From an uncultured Phycisphaerales bacterium (lineage in GTDB: Bacteria > Planctomycetota > Phycisphaerae > Tepidisphaerales > Tepidisphaeraceae): a stretch of 64,000 bases of DNA. Shown one piece after another: positions 20,466-31,100 of the stretch. The number at the start of each line of letters is the position of its first letter. Within the stretch, counting starts at the first letter, position 1. The notes beneath the pieces were generated by a model. That model was given only the letters and a program-made list of their open reading frames with translations. It did not search any database and had not been told where the DNA came from. The translations under genes and the position numbers were made by a program. Location: NCBI GenBank assembly GCA_963844715.1, contig CAWJPJ010000006.1:704001-768000 (forward strand). The letters are read 5' to 3'.

Positions 20466-21280
20466 AACAAACCCCTGATATTCTTCATCGCGATAAGAGC
20501 CATTTGCTGGTGATCGCCGGGCCGTGCGTGATCGAATCGGCGGAGCTTTGCCTGTCGATCGCGGCGCATTTGAAAAAGGTATGCGAGAGCCTGCATCTGG
20601 CTTACGTCTTCAAGGCGAGCTTCGACAAGGCCAATCGATCCAGCAATTCCACATTTCGCGGGCCCGGATTGGTCGATGGACTTGCGGTTTTAAAAAGAGT
20701 GAAGACCGAGATCGGCGTGCCGGTGCTGACGGATGTGCATGAGACCGATCAGGTGGACGACGCGGCGAAGATTGTGGACGCGTTACAGGTCCCGGCGTTT
20801 TTGGCTCGGCAGACGGATCTACTCCTTGCCTGCGGCAAAACCGGGCGCTGGGTGAACGTAAAAAAAGGCCAATTCATGTCGCCGGCTGAAATGGGAAACG
20901 CGGTCGAGAAAATCAAATCGACCGGTAACGATAAAATTCTCCTCACCGAGCGCGGCACATTTTTCGGCTACAACCGGCTGGTCAACGATTTCACGGGTTT
21001 GCAGGTCATGAGCCAGTTCGGCTGCCCGGTCATCTTCGACGTGACGCACAGCACGCAACAGCCGGCCGGCCAAGGCAACCAAAGCGGCGGGAACCCGCAG
21101 TTCTCGCCCCTACTCGCGCGGGCGGCGGTGGCAGCCGGAGTTGATGGGCTATTCCTGGAATGCCATCCCGACCCGAAGAATGCGAAAAGCGACGCGGCTA
21201 CGATGTTGAATATAAAGGTCGTGGAGAAGTTACTCAGGGAATGTGCGCAGATCGCGGAGTTAAGGGTCGGGTGGAGATAG
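20462..21280 (+). CDS. kdsA: KDO-8-phosphate synthase
   Basis: IAGPCVIES, FKASFDKANRS, PAFLARQTDLL, KKGQF, ERGTFFGY, FDVTHS. Confidence 0.96.
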   Translation: MKQTPDILHRDKSHLLVIAGPCVIESAELCLSIAAHLKKVCESLHLAYVFKASFDKANRSSNSTFRGPGLVDGLAVLKRVKTEIGVPVLTDVHETDQVDDAAKIVDALQVPAFLARQTDLLLACGKTGRWVNVKKGQFMSPAEMGNAVEKIKSTGNDKILLTERGTFFGYNRLVNDFTGLQVMSQFGCPVIFDVTHSTQQPAGQGNQSGGNPQFSPLLARAAVAAGVDGLFLECHPDPKNAKSDAATMLNIKVVEKLLRECAQIAELRVGWR

Positions 21281-21290
21281 AAGGGTTTCT

Positions 21291-21878
21291 GTGGCAGAGA
21301 GCAATCTAAATAAGCCTCAGCCGCTTGACTATGAAACACCCCGACCGGGCCGAGGTCATGAGGCCCTCTACCGGGCCATTGCGATCGCGATCACTATTTT
21401 ATTCGTATTGTTGCTCTTTACGATTGATTGGGGCAGTAGCAATAAGAGTGTGATAACGGCAAATCGCGTTAGGTCCGCTTCGAACCTGCGACAGATCGGG
21501 CAAGCGATTTTGCTGTACTGTAACGATCACAATGGCCAATATCCGGACTCTTTCGGCACTATTTTGCTCAACGAGGATGTGACGAGTTCCGTATTTGTCT
21601 CTCCTCTTCGGGGAGAGATAGCGGCGGTGGGACCAACAACCCGGTCGCCGGCGGCGCTCCTGGTGCCGGGCCCCAATCTATCATATGTATACTTGGGGCG
21701 GGGCTTAACAACGTCTACCGTGACTCCGGATTCGGTAGTGGCCTATGAGATCCCAAGCCCGTCAGGCGCGATGGTTCTATTCGGTGATGGGCATGTCGAA
21801 TTCGTCTCCAACATCGCCGCGATTATCCAACAAGCAGCCGCGGGAAAATTTCCCGTGACGATGCCGTCGCCGAAATAA
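21291..21878 (+). CDS. DUF1559-like/H-X9-DG-CTERM-like membrane protein
   Basis: TM helix, 'SASNLRQIGQAILLY.ND', 'VLFGDGHVEF'. Confidence 0.7.
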   Translation: MAESNLNKPQPLDYETPRPGRGHEALYRAIAIAITILFVLLLFTIDWGSSNKSVITANRVRSASNLRQIGQAILLYCNDHNGQYPDSFGTILLNEDVTSSVFVSPLRGEIAAVGPTTRSPAALLVPGPNLSYVYLGRGLTTSTVTPDSVVAYEIPSPSGAMVLFGDGHVEFVSNIAAIIQQAAAGKFPVTMPSPK

Positions 21879-21879
21879 T

Positions 21880-21909
21880 AAGGCCGAGGGATCGCTGCCC
21901 CTCGGCCTT
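21880..21909. terminator. Hairpin between convergent genes
   Basis: AAGGCCGAGGG...CCCTCGGCCTT perfect stem. Confidence 0.6.
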
Positions 21910-21930
21910 CGCAACTCTCCCGTGATTCGT

Positions 21931-23706
21931 TCAATCTCGGACCCTAAACGGAATCGCGGCGACTTTGCCTTGGCGAGATTTTGCGCCGTAGGTGCCGATC
22001 AAAACACCGACGCCTATTAAGGCTGCCCATTTCTCCCATTGCTGGGAATTCGCAGATTCAACATTGGAGGCGGCAATGGCGATGCCGCCACCGGCGAATT
22101 TGCTTTCGATCGACGGCGCGGATTCGATCTGGTGAGACGCGGCGGGAATCGCGACGATATGCATCGACGAATTGGCCGCTATGCTGGGCGAATTTGCCGG
22201 CAACGGCGTCGATGCGAATATATTGCCCGCAAAAGCGGCGGCCGACTCCACGGTGAATCCCGGCAACACGATGGTCGGCATCAACTCCGGCCCAGCGGTG
22301 TGCGTGGCAATCGTCGTCACCTCGGCTGAGGCCGTCAGCACGTTCGACGCGGATGTGAGCGCAATGTGGGGCATGTACGTCGTGCCTGCGTCGCTCAGAT
22401 GCAATTCGGCGGCGACCGGATTCCCTTCGGCTTTTGCCGAGGCGGTGACGTTTGCGACGACGGCGCCTTTGACATATTGCAGATTGATTGATCCGCCGGA
22501 CGTCGTGTTCTGAAGAGCGCTGACGATGAACGAGACTTTCGGCGAGCCCAAGCCGGTGACGAGATCGTAATCTAGCCCGGCTGAGTATTCGCCACTCGAG
22601 CCCCCGCTGACGTCGTGGTAGGCGTTTGTGTAGTTGGCGCTCGTGTAAAGGGAAAAGAGCGCGGGAATGGTCTGGGTAGTGCCGTTAAGAGTGCCCAATC
22701 CGATTTGGCGAGCTTGATTGGCGATCGCGATGAGCGAGGCCCACTGGGGCGCGCCGCGCTGGTGCCCCCGACTTCCCACCAGCCTGAGGAGCCATCGAGG
22801 GGGACGGAGTCATAGACGTAGAACCCTGTGCTGGGATTGGCGTCGTAGGAGACGTCCGGAGAAGCCTGCTTGCCGTAGGATGAGACGATGCGCTGATAGG
22901 CGGCTTCAGATTCGTACTTGGAGATGCCGCCGGTGCTGTCTGACCAACCCGATTCTGAACCGTAGTTCCCGGAGGTGGACGAAATCTTGAGGGTGGTTCC
23001 GCCGACGGAGAGCACATTCGGCGAAGTTGCGGGGTATTCCGGCCCGTACCAGGAGCCTTCGTCGCCCGAAGCCGCGATGAAGGTAACGCCTTGATGCCCG
23101 CTCGGCGTCGTGAAATAGGAGTCGTAAGAAGTCTCGGAGGAGAATTCGTTGGTCCCCCAGCTCATGGAGACGACGGAGACGCCCGATGCGTCGCGGGCAT
23201 AGTTTACGCCGTCGAGAAGGTCGCCCAGGTTCGCCGAATTCGCCTCGACGAGAAGGATGTTCGCGCCGGCGCCATGGCGTGCGCCCATTCGACGTCCAGC
23301 GAAATCTCCGTGTCCCAGGTGGCGTTGGTGGAGGGCAGTGACGACCCGCCGGATTCGTTGACCACCTTCAGGCTCGGGGGCGCGGCGATTCCCCACGTGG
23401 AATCAAACGTCTTCAGATCGCCGGTGATATCGGGATCGTTGTATGCGTCGACGATGGCAATCGTCTGCCCTTGCCGGTGCCGGCAGCGCCGTTATTCAGC
23501 TTGGCGGCGTTGAAGCCGTAAGCCGTGGCAACCTGGGAGGGCGTATAGGGCGCGGAGGTGCTGCCGGTGACGAGAGGAGAGGCCGTGATGTCCGGCAAGA
23601 CCACCGTGTTCACGGCCGAGAGCAAACATCTCGTCTCGAGAGCCTCGAAAGTTGCCTTGAAATTCCGACGACGATCCCCGTTTCGAATTCCTTTTCGCGC
23701 CATCAC
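21931..23706 (-). CDS. S53 (sedolisin-like) serine peptidase with planctomycete export motif; about four apparent indels
   Basis: FEALETRCLLS; EISLDVEW (E-x3-D); SMSWG; ASGDEG; GGTS; YDLVTGLGSP, spread across frames. Confidence 0.8.
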
Positions 23707-23873
23707 AACTCCTCGCTTTAGTTTTTCTTAAGATTCAAAACCCGATGGTCCCTTTTAAGGGACTGTTGCCGTATGGGTGGGCGGATTCTAGAAGACTCAG
23801 TTAACGCCGCAATACGAAAACCCGCGAAAAATCAATATAAATTGCGCCAATCAAATCGGCGACGGTACATGAA

Positions 23874-25677
23874 TTACTTCGCCTGAATTGAAATCGAGTG
23901 GTGGGAGAAAAATAGAACGACAAAAAAGATGAGGATGGGCAGAGCGATGCAGAGTGCGACAAGGCGGTAGCGCTTGAGATTCCCCGACGCGGGCGATTTT
24001 GGCGCGACCAGCCGATCGGCGCGGCCGGTGACCTGCACGGCGTCGGGGTTGTCCAGGTCATGTTTCATCGCCAGCGCGGTGGGGTAACGCTCCTGCGGAT
24101 CGCGCGCCATGGCGTGGAGGATGATCTCTTCGACCTGCGGGGAAATCTTGTCGTTCTTAATTCGCGGCGCGATCGGATCGCCGCTCAGGCGCGCGTTCAT
24201 GATGATGAACGGATTGGCCCCCTCGAAAGGAACGGAGCCGGTGACCATTTCGTAAAGGATGGCGCCCAGGCTGTAGATGTCGGTGCGCGCGTCGCCTCTT
24301 TTCCCCTTGACCTGCTCGGGGGCCATATAGTCCGGAGTTCCCATGGCGGGAGTGAAGGCGCCAAACGTCAGCCGTGCGCGGTCTCGAATTTGGCGATCCC
24401 AAAATCCATGATGCGAATCGACCCGTCGCTGCAAATCATGATGTTGTCCGGTTTGAGATCGCGATGCACGACATCGTGCTCGTGCATGTAATGCAGCGCT
24501 TCGCAGATTCGGCTGGCGATCTTGAGGGCATCCGCCTGCGGCATGGGGCTGATCGTGTGCATCAGATGGCCGAGCGTCTGGCCGTCCAGGAATTCCATGA
24601 CGATGTACGGCCGGCTCTTGTTCAGCTTTTCGTCGTCCATGAGCCGCAGGATGTAGGGATGCTGGAGCACCTTGCCGATCTGCTGTTCGCGTTGAAATCG
24701 CTGATAAAATCCGGGGTCTGATTCGAACTGCATGAAGGGGACCTTCAGCGCGACGATCCCATCGTTGGAGAGGTCCATCGCCTTGTAGATGGTCGCCATT
24801 CCTGACCGGCTGACGATGTCGGTGATCTTGTAGCGGCCGTCCAACGTTTGACCGACTTCCAGTTCGCTTCCCATGATGGCCGGGCTCTCTTTCTGAAACG
24901 TGGGCAGTCCACGATAGTAGCTGAGTCGTTCTATTCCCAATATTTTGACGACCTGAACCGACAAATTATCGTCCGCGCCGCGCCGTTCGGCCATTCTCAC
25001 CAGGCTTTTGCACGCGTCGTCCGGCGCTTGCTTATTCACGGCATCGAGGATTTCGCCTTCGGTGATCTGGGTCCAGATGCCGTCGCACATTTGCACGAGG
25101 ATATCGCCGCGGGAAACCGTCTGGGTATGAAAGTCGATGCGGAGAGTCGGTTCCTGCCCGACGGTGCGCGTGAGGACGGAGCGCATATCCGAATTCATGG
25201 CGTCCTCGACGGTGATCAGGCCAAGCTTGAGCTGCACGCCGGCGTAGGAGTGATCGTTGGTTATCCTGCGAATCCGCCCCTGCTGGATGATGTAAGCCCG
25301 GCAGTCGCCGACGTGGCCGATGGTGACCTCGTTATGCCGGAACAGCGCAACCGTCATCGTCGTGGCCATCCGGCCTTTGCCGCTCTCCTTCAGATTATGG
25401 TCATACACCGCGATGTTGGCGGCGTTGAACATCTGATTCAGGACCTGCGTCGGCGGCGCCAGGGGTTTGGCCTCCAGGAAAGTCTTCAGCGCCGCATCAC
25501 AGGCCGCGCGGCTGGCGACCTCTCCCCGTTCCTGCCCCCCCACCCCGTCGGCCAGAACGACGACGGCGCCACGCCCGCGCCAATCGGCCTCCGTGCTCGG
25601 CTGCCACGCGGTAATGGAGTCCTCGTTGATTTGCGCACAGGGCCGGTCGAAGATAGGCTGCCGTATACAATTTGCAT
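23874..25677 (-). CDS. Bifunctional PP2C phosphatase / Ser-Thr kinase with C-terminal TM (apparent indels near 25632 and 24377)
   Basis: [19 protein letters not shown] (PP2C); [31 protein letters not shown] (kinase). Confidence 0.88.
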
Positions 25678-25950
25678 GATGGCTGCGGCTGAGTCGTGCC
25701 CGAAAAGGCGGCGGGCGATTCTATTGCCCCCATTGGGCAAAACAAGGGCCGAACAAACGGCCTGGGGCACGCATTTCCACACTTTGACTCGTCCCGCCCA
25801 TGTTTCAGGCTCGCATAGAGGGCCTCCCCGGCTTTGCATACTTTTTAAGCATGCTTTCTTGAACTCATTGCTTTTTGCAAATGCGAGGTTGACGAGAGAA
25901 ATGTCCCCTTACACGGCATAAACCGATGTAATCGGACCCAGAAATACCAC

Positions 25951-25965
25951 TGGCACATGGTTTGT
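25951..25965 (+). promoter_or_regulatory. Possible sigma54 -24/-12 promoter
   Basis: TGGCAC-N5-TTGT (consensus ends TTGC), upstream of nitrogen-uptake genes. Confidence 0.35.
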
Positions 25966-26150
25966 GATGGCCCGGCTGCAATAGGTCCACAAATCGTCGG
26001 CTTTATTGCAGTCAGGACCTGTCAGCAGCGGCAGCAGCTCGGAAGGAAGAACACGTTGTCCGTGCCGACGAAAAGAGCACTCTGCGTTGCCGCGCCAGAA
26101 ACCCATTAGGCAGGCCATGGTGGCCGCCAGAAAGCAAAGGAGAAGAGTCT

Positions 26151-28162
26151 GTGGCAAACGAAACCTCTGGAACTCCATCCAGTTCGGGACCGGCCCAAGG
26201 AACGATGAAGCCGACGTTGGGCCTCACGGGTCTGACGAGTAACGCGATGGCCCTGATCGCGCCGGGCGCGTTCTTGTGGCTGACGTTCGAAGAACAGTCT
26301 GCGTACGGGCGCCGTCCGCAGGCTCGGCGATGTGGATGGGCATGTTGCTCGCCACGGTGCTATGTTTGGCGACAGCCATCTCCTACGCGGAACTTAGCAA
26401 ACTTTATCCCGGCGCGGGTTCGAGCTACTTCTTCGCCGAACAGGCGTTTCTCTCCAAGAAGCAAGCCTACAAGTGGGCGCGCCTTTACAAATTCATGGTG
26501 GGCTGGGCAAGCCACCTCTACTACTGGATTTACCCCGGCGTGATGGTGTGCGTGACGGCCATCTTCATCGGCTACATGGCCGGGCAGCTCTTCCCCAACA
26601 CCTTTAACGTCGCCGAGGGTAGTCCCCTCTTGATGATCGTGTTCTCGATCATATTCGCGTACGGCGTATCGTGGATCGCTTACCGCGGCGTCGTGGGCGC
26701 AACGGGCGTCAACGTCGCGATCAACATCATTCAGATCACCGCACTGCTGATCTTCTCGGTCATGGCGATTGCCCATCGCGTGCACGTCAAGGAAGGCGAC
26801 GTCGACTGGACGCTCGACTCGACCGGCACGCCGACGCAGTTTCAGCAAGACTCCACTCCGAACATGATTCAGGATCCGAAGTTCCCCAACGATCCGACCA
26901 AACAGATCGTCGATCCCAGCGGCGCGACCAGTCCGAAAGTTGACGGCAGCGGCGCGCCGATCTGGATTTACAACGCCGTGGACGCCAAGGGGACCGTGAT
27001 GAACGATTCCAGCGGCAACCCGATCGTTGTCGCCACGGATGCCACCGGAAAGCTGGCGGCGCTGCCCTCCGGCGCGGCCAAGGCGGTTCCGGCTCCAGTG
27101 ACAATTTCGTACCTGGGCGGCATGGTCAAGGACAGCAAGGGCGTCTGGCAGTTCAACTACCACGATTCGGCCAAGTCCGTGTTTCACTGGCACAGCGGTC
27201 AGTACGTGCTGATTCAGGGATGTATCGCGATTCTGTGCCTGGTCGGTTTCGAATCGGTCTCCTCGATGGGTGAGGAAGCGAAGAACCCGAAGAAGCACAT
27301 TCCGATCGCCATCGTCGCGTCACTGCTGATCCAGGGCGGCTTCTGCTACCTGTTTGAATATTTCGCCGCCAACTATTTCCAGAGTTCGCTGTACACCAAT
27401 CAAACCGCGGCAGGTTCGCCGGCTCCGATCGGCGACATGATGCAGCTAGCCGGCGCCTGGTGCTTCGGCTCGGCCAAGGCGGGCTGGTGGTTCATGTTCC
27501 TGGAAGCCATCACCGTCTTCCTGGCGATGATCGGAACGACTCTGTCGTGCATCAACACCGGCGCTCGCGTGACCTACGCGATGGGCCGCGATGAGGAAGT
27601 TCCGACTCACTTCGGCATCCTCCACGGCAAGAACAACACCCCGCACCGCTGCATCTGGGTGCTGGCGACGATCTCCGCTCTGGTCGGAATCTACGGGATT
27701 CTCTTCTATCTGTGCGGTCCGTCCGCTTCGTCTGCGCTCGATACCAACCTCTCGACGGCGCAAACCTCGAGCATGTGGTACAAGGGCGTGTTTAGTTTTG
27801 CGACGGCGCAGAAGTTCCCGTGCAGCTTGCTGGTGATCACCCTGATCAGTAACTTCGGAACGTTCCTCCTGTACATGATGAGCTGCATCATCGCGATGGT
27901 CGCCTTCCACGAGCACCACATGTACAACCCGATCAAGCACATCCTGATCCCCGGTTTCGGCCTGATCGCGAACCTGGGTTGCATGTTGTTCTACTTGATC
28001 GGTCCCTTCTCGGTCCCTGGCATGAGCGCCAAGGAACCATTTATCGCCCTCGGCGTAGCCGCCGCGTGGGGCATCTTTGGTGCGATATATTTCGTGATGA
28101 AGAGCAAGAAGATGGGACGCGAGATTTTCGTGAGCAAGCCCCAAACCTCGACTCCGGCCTAA
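26151..28162 (+). CDS. APC family amino acid permease (apparent indel near 26308)
   Basis: AGGAG before GTG; NAMALIAPGAF, SYAELSKLYPGAGSSY, GFES...GEEAKNP, ARVTYAMGRD; many TM helices. Confidence 0.9.
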
Positions 28163-28188
28163 CAGCCGACGGTTCGAGATGTCAAATT

Positions 28189-28229
28189 AAACGGCCGTCC
28201 GAGAATATTCGGACGGCCGTTTCCTTTTT
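28189..28229 (+). terminator. Intrinsic terminator between the permease and amt
   Basis: AAACGGCCGTCCGA...TCGGACGGCCGTTT followed by CCTTTTT. Confidence 0.8.
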
Positions 28230-28257
28230 CTACCCTTCAACATTAACCTTGGCGAAT

Positions 28258-29727
28258 ATGACCGATTCAATGGCTCAGACGGTCGCGAACAACACCCGCG
28301 CCATCAATTTCATCTGGACTCTCATCGCCGGTTTTTTGGTCATGTTCATGCAGGCGGGCTTCGCTCTGGTTGAAACCGGGATGTGCCGGGCGAAAAACGT
28401 GGCCCACACCATGAGCATGAATTTTTTGATCTATAGCCTGGCCGTGATCGGGTTTTTCATAACGGGATTTGCGTTCATGATGGGCGGAGTCAACGCAGTG
28501 CCGGCCGGCGCTTCGGCGCCCCTGGTCGGCGGCCCGCAATCCCTGGGGCTTTCGGGCGGCGACGTCCTGAACCGCATGTTCTACATCCACGTCTTCGGGA
28601 AACCGTGGGGAATCCTCGGCCACAGCGGATTTTTCCTCTCGAATTCCAATCTTCCCGCAGGGGTGTTCGTTCTCTTTCTCTACATGATGGTTTTCATGGA
28701 CACCGCCGCGACGATCCCCACGGGCGCGCTGGCGGAAAGATGGAGCTTCAAGAGCTTTACCATATTCAGCGCCTGCGTCGGGGCATTCATCTACAGCTTT
28801 TACGGCTGCTGGATGTGGGGCGGCGGGTGGCTCGCCAGCCTCGGCGTGAACTACGGGCTGGGGCATGGCGCGGTCGATTACGCGGGGTCTTCCGTCGTTC
28901 ATCTTCAGGGCGGGTCGCTGGCCTTTATCACATGCCTCATGATCGGCCCGCGAATCGGGAAATATGATGCCGAAGGAAATCCCCGCCCCATCTTCGGCCA
29001 TCACGTCCCGATGATGATGCTCGGCACGTTCATCCTCGCCTTTGGCTGGTTCGGATTCAACGCCGGTTCGAGCCTCTCCGGCACGACCGATCGCATCGGT
29101 CTCATCGCCACCAACACCATGATCGCCTCAGCCTCGGCCACCGCCGCGGCGTGCTTTTATATGTGGAAAATGTATGGCAAGCCCGACCCCTCGATGATGT
29201 GCAACGGAATGCTCGGGGGGCTGGTCGCCATCACGGCGCCGTGTGCGTTCATTTCACCGGCGTGCGCGTTTCTGATCGGAATCATCGCGGGCATCTTCGT
29301 GGTGTGGGCGGTTCTTTATTTCGAGAAGAAGCAAATCGACGATCCGGTCGGCGCGATCAGCGTTCACGGCATCGCGGGACTTTGGGGGATCATCGCCGTG
29401 GGACTGTTCGCCAACGGCACCTATGGCGACGGATACAATAACGTTTCCGGCAACGTGATCGGATTGTTTTACGGGAACCATTCGTTCAAGCAACTCATTG
29501 CCCAGTTGATCTCGGCGGTCACGTGCATCGTCTGGAATCTCGCGGTAGGCGGCCTGGTATTCTACTCAATCGGCCGATTCCTGCGGTCCAATCGCGTTTC
29601 TCCGAGCATCGAACTGGCCGGCTTGGATATTCCGGAAATGGGCGCGCCAGGCTATCCCGAGTTTGTCAGCCATATGGGGCAGGAGAGCTTCTCCTCGGCG
29701 GAACTGCCGCCCACGTCGGGTTCATAG
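28258..29727 (+). CDS. amt: Ammonium transporter
   Basis: FMQAGFALVE, GALAER, DYAGSSVVH, FGWFGFNAGS, DDPVGAISVH (both conserved His present). Confidence 0.95.
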   Translation: MTDSMAQTVANNTRAINFIWTLIAGFLVMFMQAGFALVETGMCRAKNVAHTMSMNFLIYSLAVIGFFITGFAFMMGGVNAVPAGASAPLVGGPQSLGLSGGDVLNRMFYIHVFGKPWGILGHSGFFLSNSNLPAGVFVLFLYMMVFMDTAATIPTGALAERWSFKSFTIFSACVGAFIYSFYGCWMWGGGWLASLGVNYGLGHGAVDYAGSSVVHLQGGSLAFITCLMIGPRIGKYDAEGNPRPIFGHHVPMMMLGTFILAFGWFGFNAGSSLSGTTDRIGLIATNTMIASASATAAACFYMWKMYGKPDPSMMCNGMLGGLVAITAPCAFISPACAFLIGIIAGIFVVWAVLYFEKKQIDDPVGAISVHGIAGLWGIIAVGLFANGTYGDGYNNVSGNVIGLFYGNHSFKQLIAQLISAVTCIVWNLAVGGLVFYSIGRFLRSNRVSPSIELAGLDIPEMGAPGYPEFVSHMGQESFSSAELPPTSGS

Positions 29728-29782
29728 AGCCACGTGTTAGCGATTGACCCTGGCGAGCGAGGCGATTATCGTGCGCGCCGCG

Positions 29783-30658
29783 ATGGACCCGCTGATTGTC
29801 TCCGCTGCCGACGCCGAGTATTTCCCGCTGCTCAAAGGCCTCGTTCTATCGATCCGGCAGAATGCTCCGGATCAATCCACAAACATCGCCGCCGTGGATT
29901 TGGGGCTGACCGAATCGCAAAAATCAGAATTAAACGAGCTGGGCGTTCGAATCGTGACCATCGATTGGAAAACCGAGTTCGCGCAGCGGACGGAAGCGGC
30001 TCCCTGGGAAATCTGGATAACGGCGCGGGCGGACCTCCCTCGTTATGTGCCGGGAGCGGAATTTTACATCTGGCTGGACGCGGATGTCTGGTTGCAGGAT
30101 TGGCGAGCGATTGAGTTGCTCCAGCGGGCCGCCGCGACCGGCGCTGGGCATCGTGCCCGAGTTGCACCGCGGATACGCCAAAACCTACGAGCCGAGTCCG
30201 CTGGAAGAACGCCAGGTTTACAACTTCTATCGCGAATCGTATGACGAGACGATCGCGCGGCGCCTGACGGCGGTGCCCGTTCTCAACGCCGGCGTGTTTG
30301 CGCTCGCGCCGACTCGCCGATCTGGAAATCCTGGCAAGAGTGGCAGCGGGCGGCTTCACAGAAAATCATTCACAAGCTGACCGATCAATGTGCTCTCAAC
30401 GGCGCGGTTTATGGGAGCCAGCTCCCGTTTCATCCGTTGCCGGCCTGGTGCAACTGGATGTGCGGGCAGGCATTGCCGAAATGGGACCCGGCAAGTCGGA
30501 AATTTGTCGTTCCTCTATTGCCGTTTGAGCCGATTTCGATATTGCACGTGACGCCCCGCGAGATCGCCGTGCAGAGGATTCAGAATGTGGACGGCCAGCG
30601 GCAGACGCGCCCGCTGGATTATCTGGCGCATCTGGAGTGGCTGAAGTCCGTCAGTTGA
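29783..30658 (+). CDS. GT-A fold glycosyltransferase-like protein (apparent indels near 30142 and 30310)
   Basis: SAAD..YF, VDLGL, WLDAD (DxD), LNAGVF, DQCALN, CNW. Confidence 0.6.
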
Positions 30659-30691
30659 CCCCCCAACCGCCGGGCTTAAAATCACAATTAT

Positions 30692-30764
30692 GGCAGCGTA
30701 GCTCAGTTGGCAGAGCAGGGGATTCATAAGCCCCGGGTCACAGGTTCGAGTCCTGTCGCTGCTA
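30692..30764 (+). tRNA. tRNA with CAT anticodon (elongator Met or Ile2; not initiator-like)
   Basis: GGCAGCG/CGCTGCT acceptor stem, TAGCTCAGTTGG, TT-CAT-AA loop, GGTTCGAGTCC. Confidence 0.93.
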
Positions 30765-31100
30765 CTTCAATAACCTGCGACGATCCGCGCGGCCTGGAAT
30801 GGGCCGGTTCGGAATTCCCCGACCGATAACTCCCACGCCCGATTACCTGCGTTCCATCTCCAACGCCCCCACCGCACCAAGAAACAGGAAATTGCCGAAT
30901 TTCACGCATAAGTAATCCACGTCTCTCGCGGGAAGCCACTGCGCTCGCTCGTCTTGCGCAACTCGTACGCGGCTAAATGCGCACCATCGATAAACCGATT
31001 AATTGTGGCACGGCATTCTGTGCGGCTTGCGCGGATCGTGCCGTTTAAACGTCAGGCGTTGAAGGACTGCTTCCGTATTTTCGGACCGTCGAAGCAAGTT

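Noticed and set aside
23740..23775. c-di-GMP-I riboswitch upstream of the S53 peptidase
   Set aside because: Only a simple GTCCC/GGGAC hairpin; the GNRA loop/receptor and second stem are not evident.
30692..31100. Genomic island integrated at the CAT tRNA
   Set aside because: No integrase and no duplicated tRNA 3' end seen downstream.
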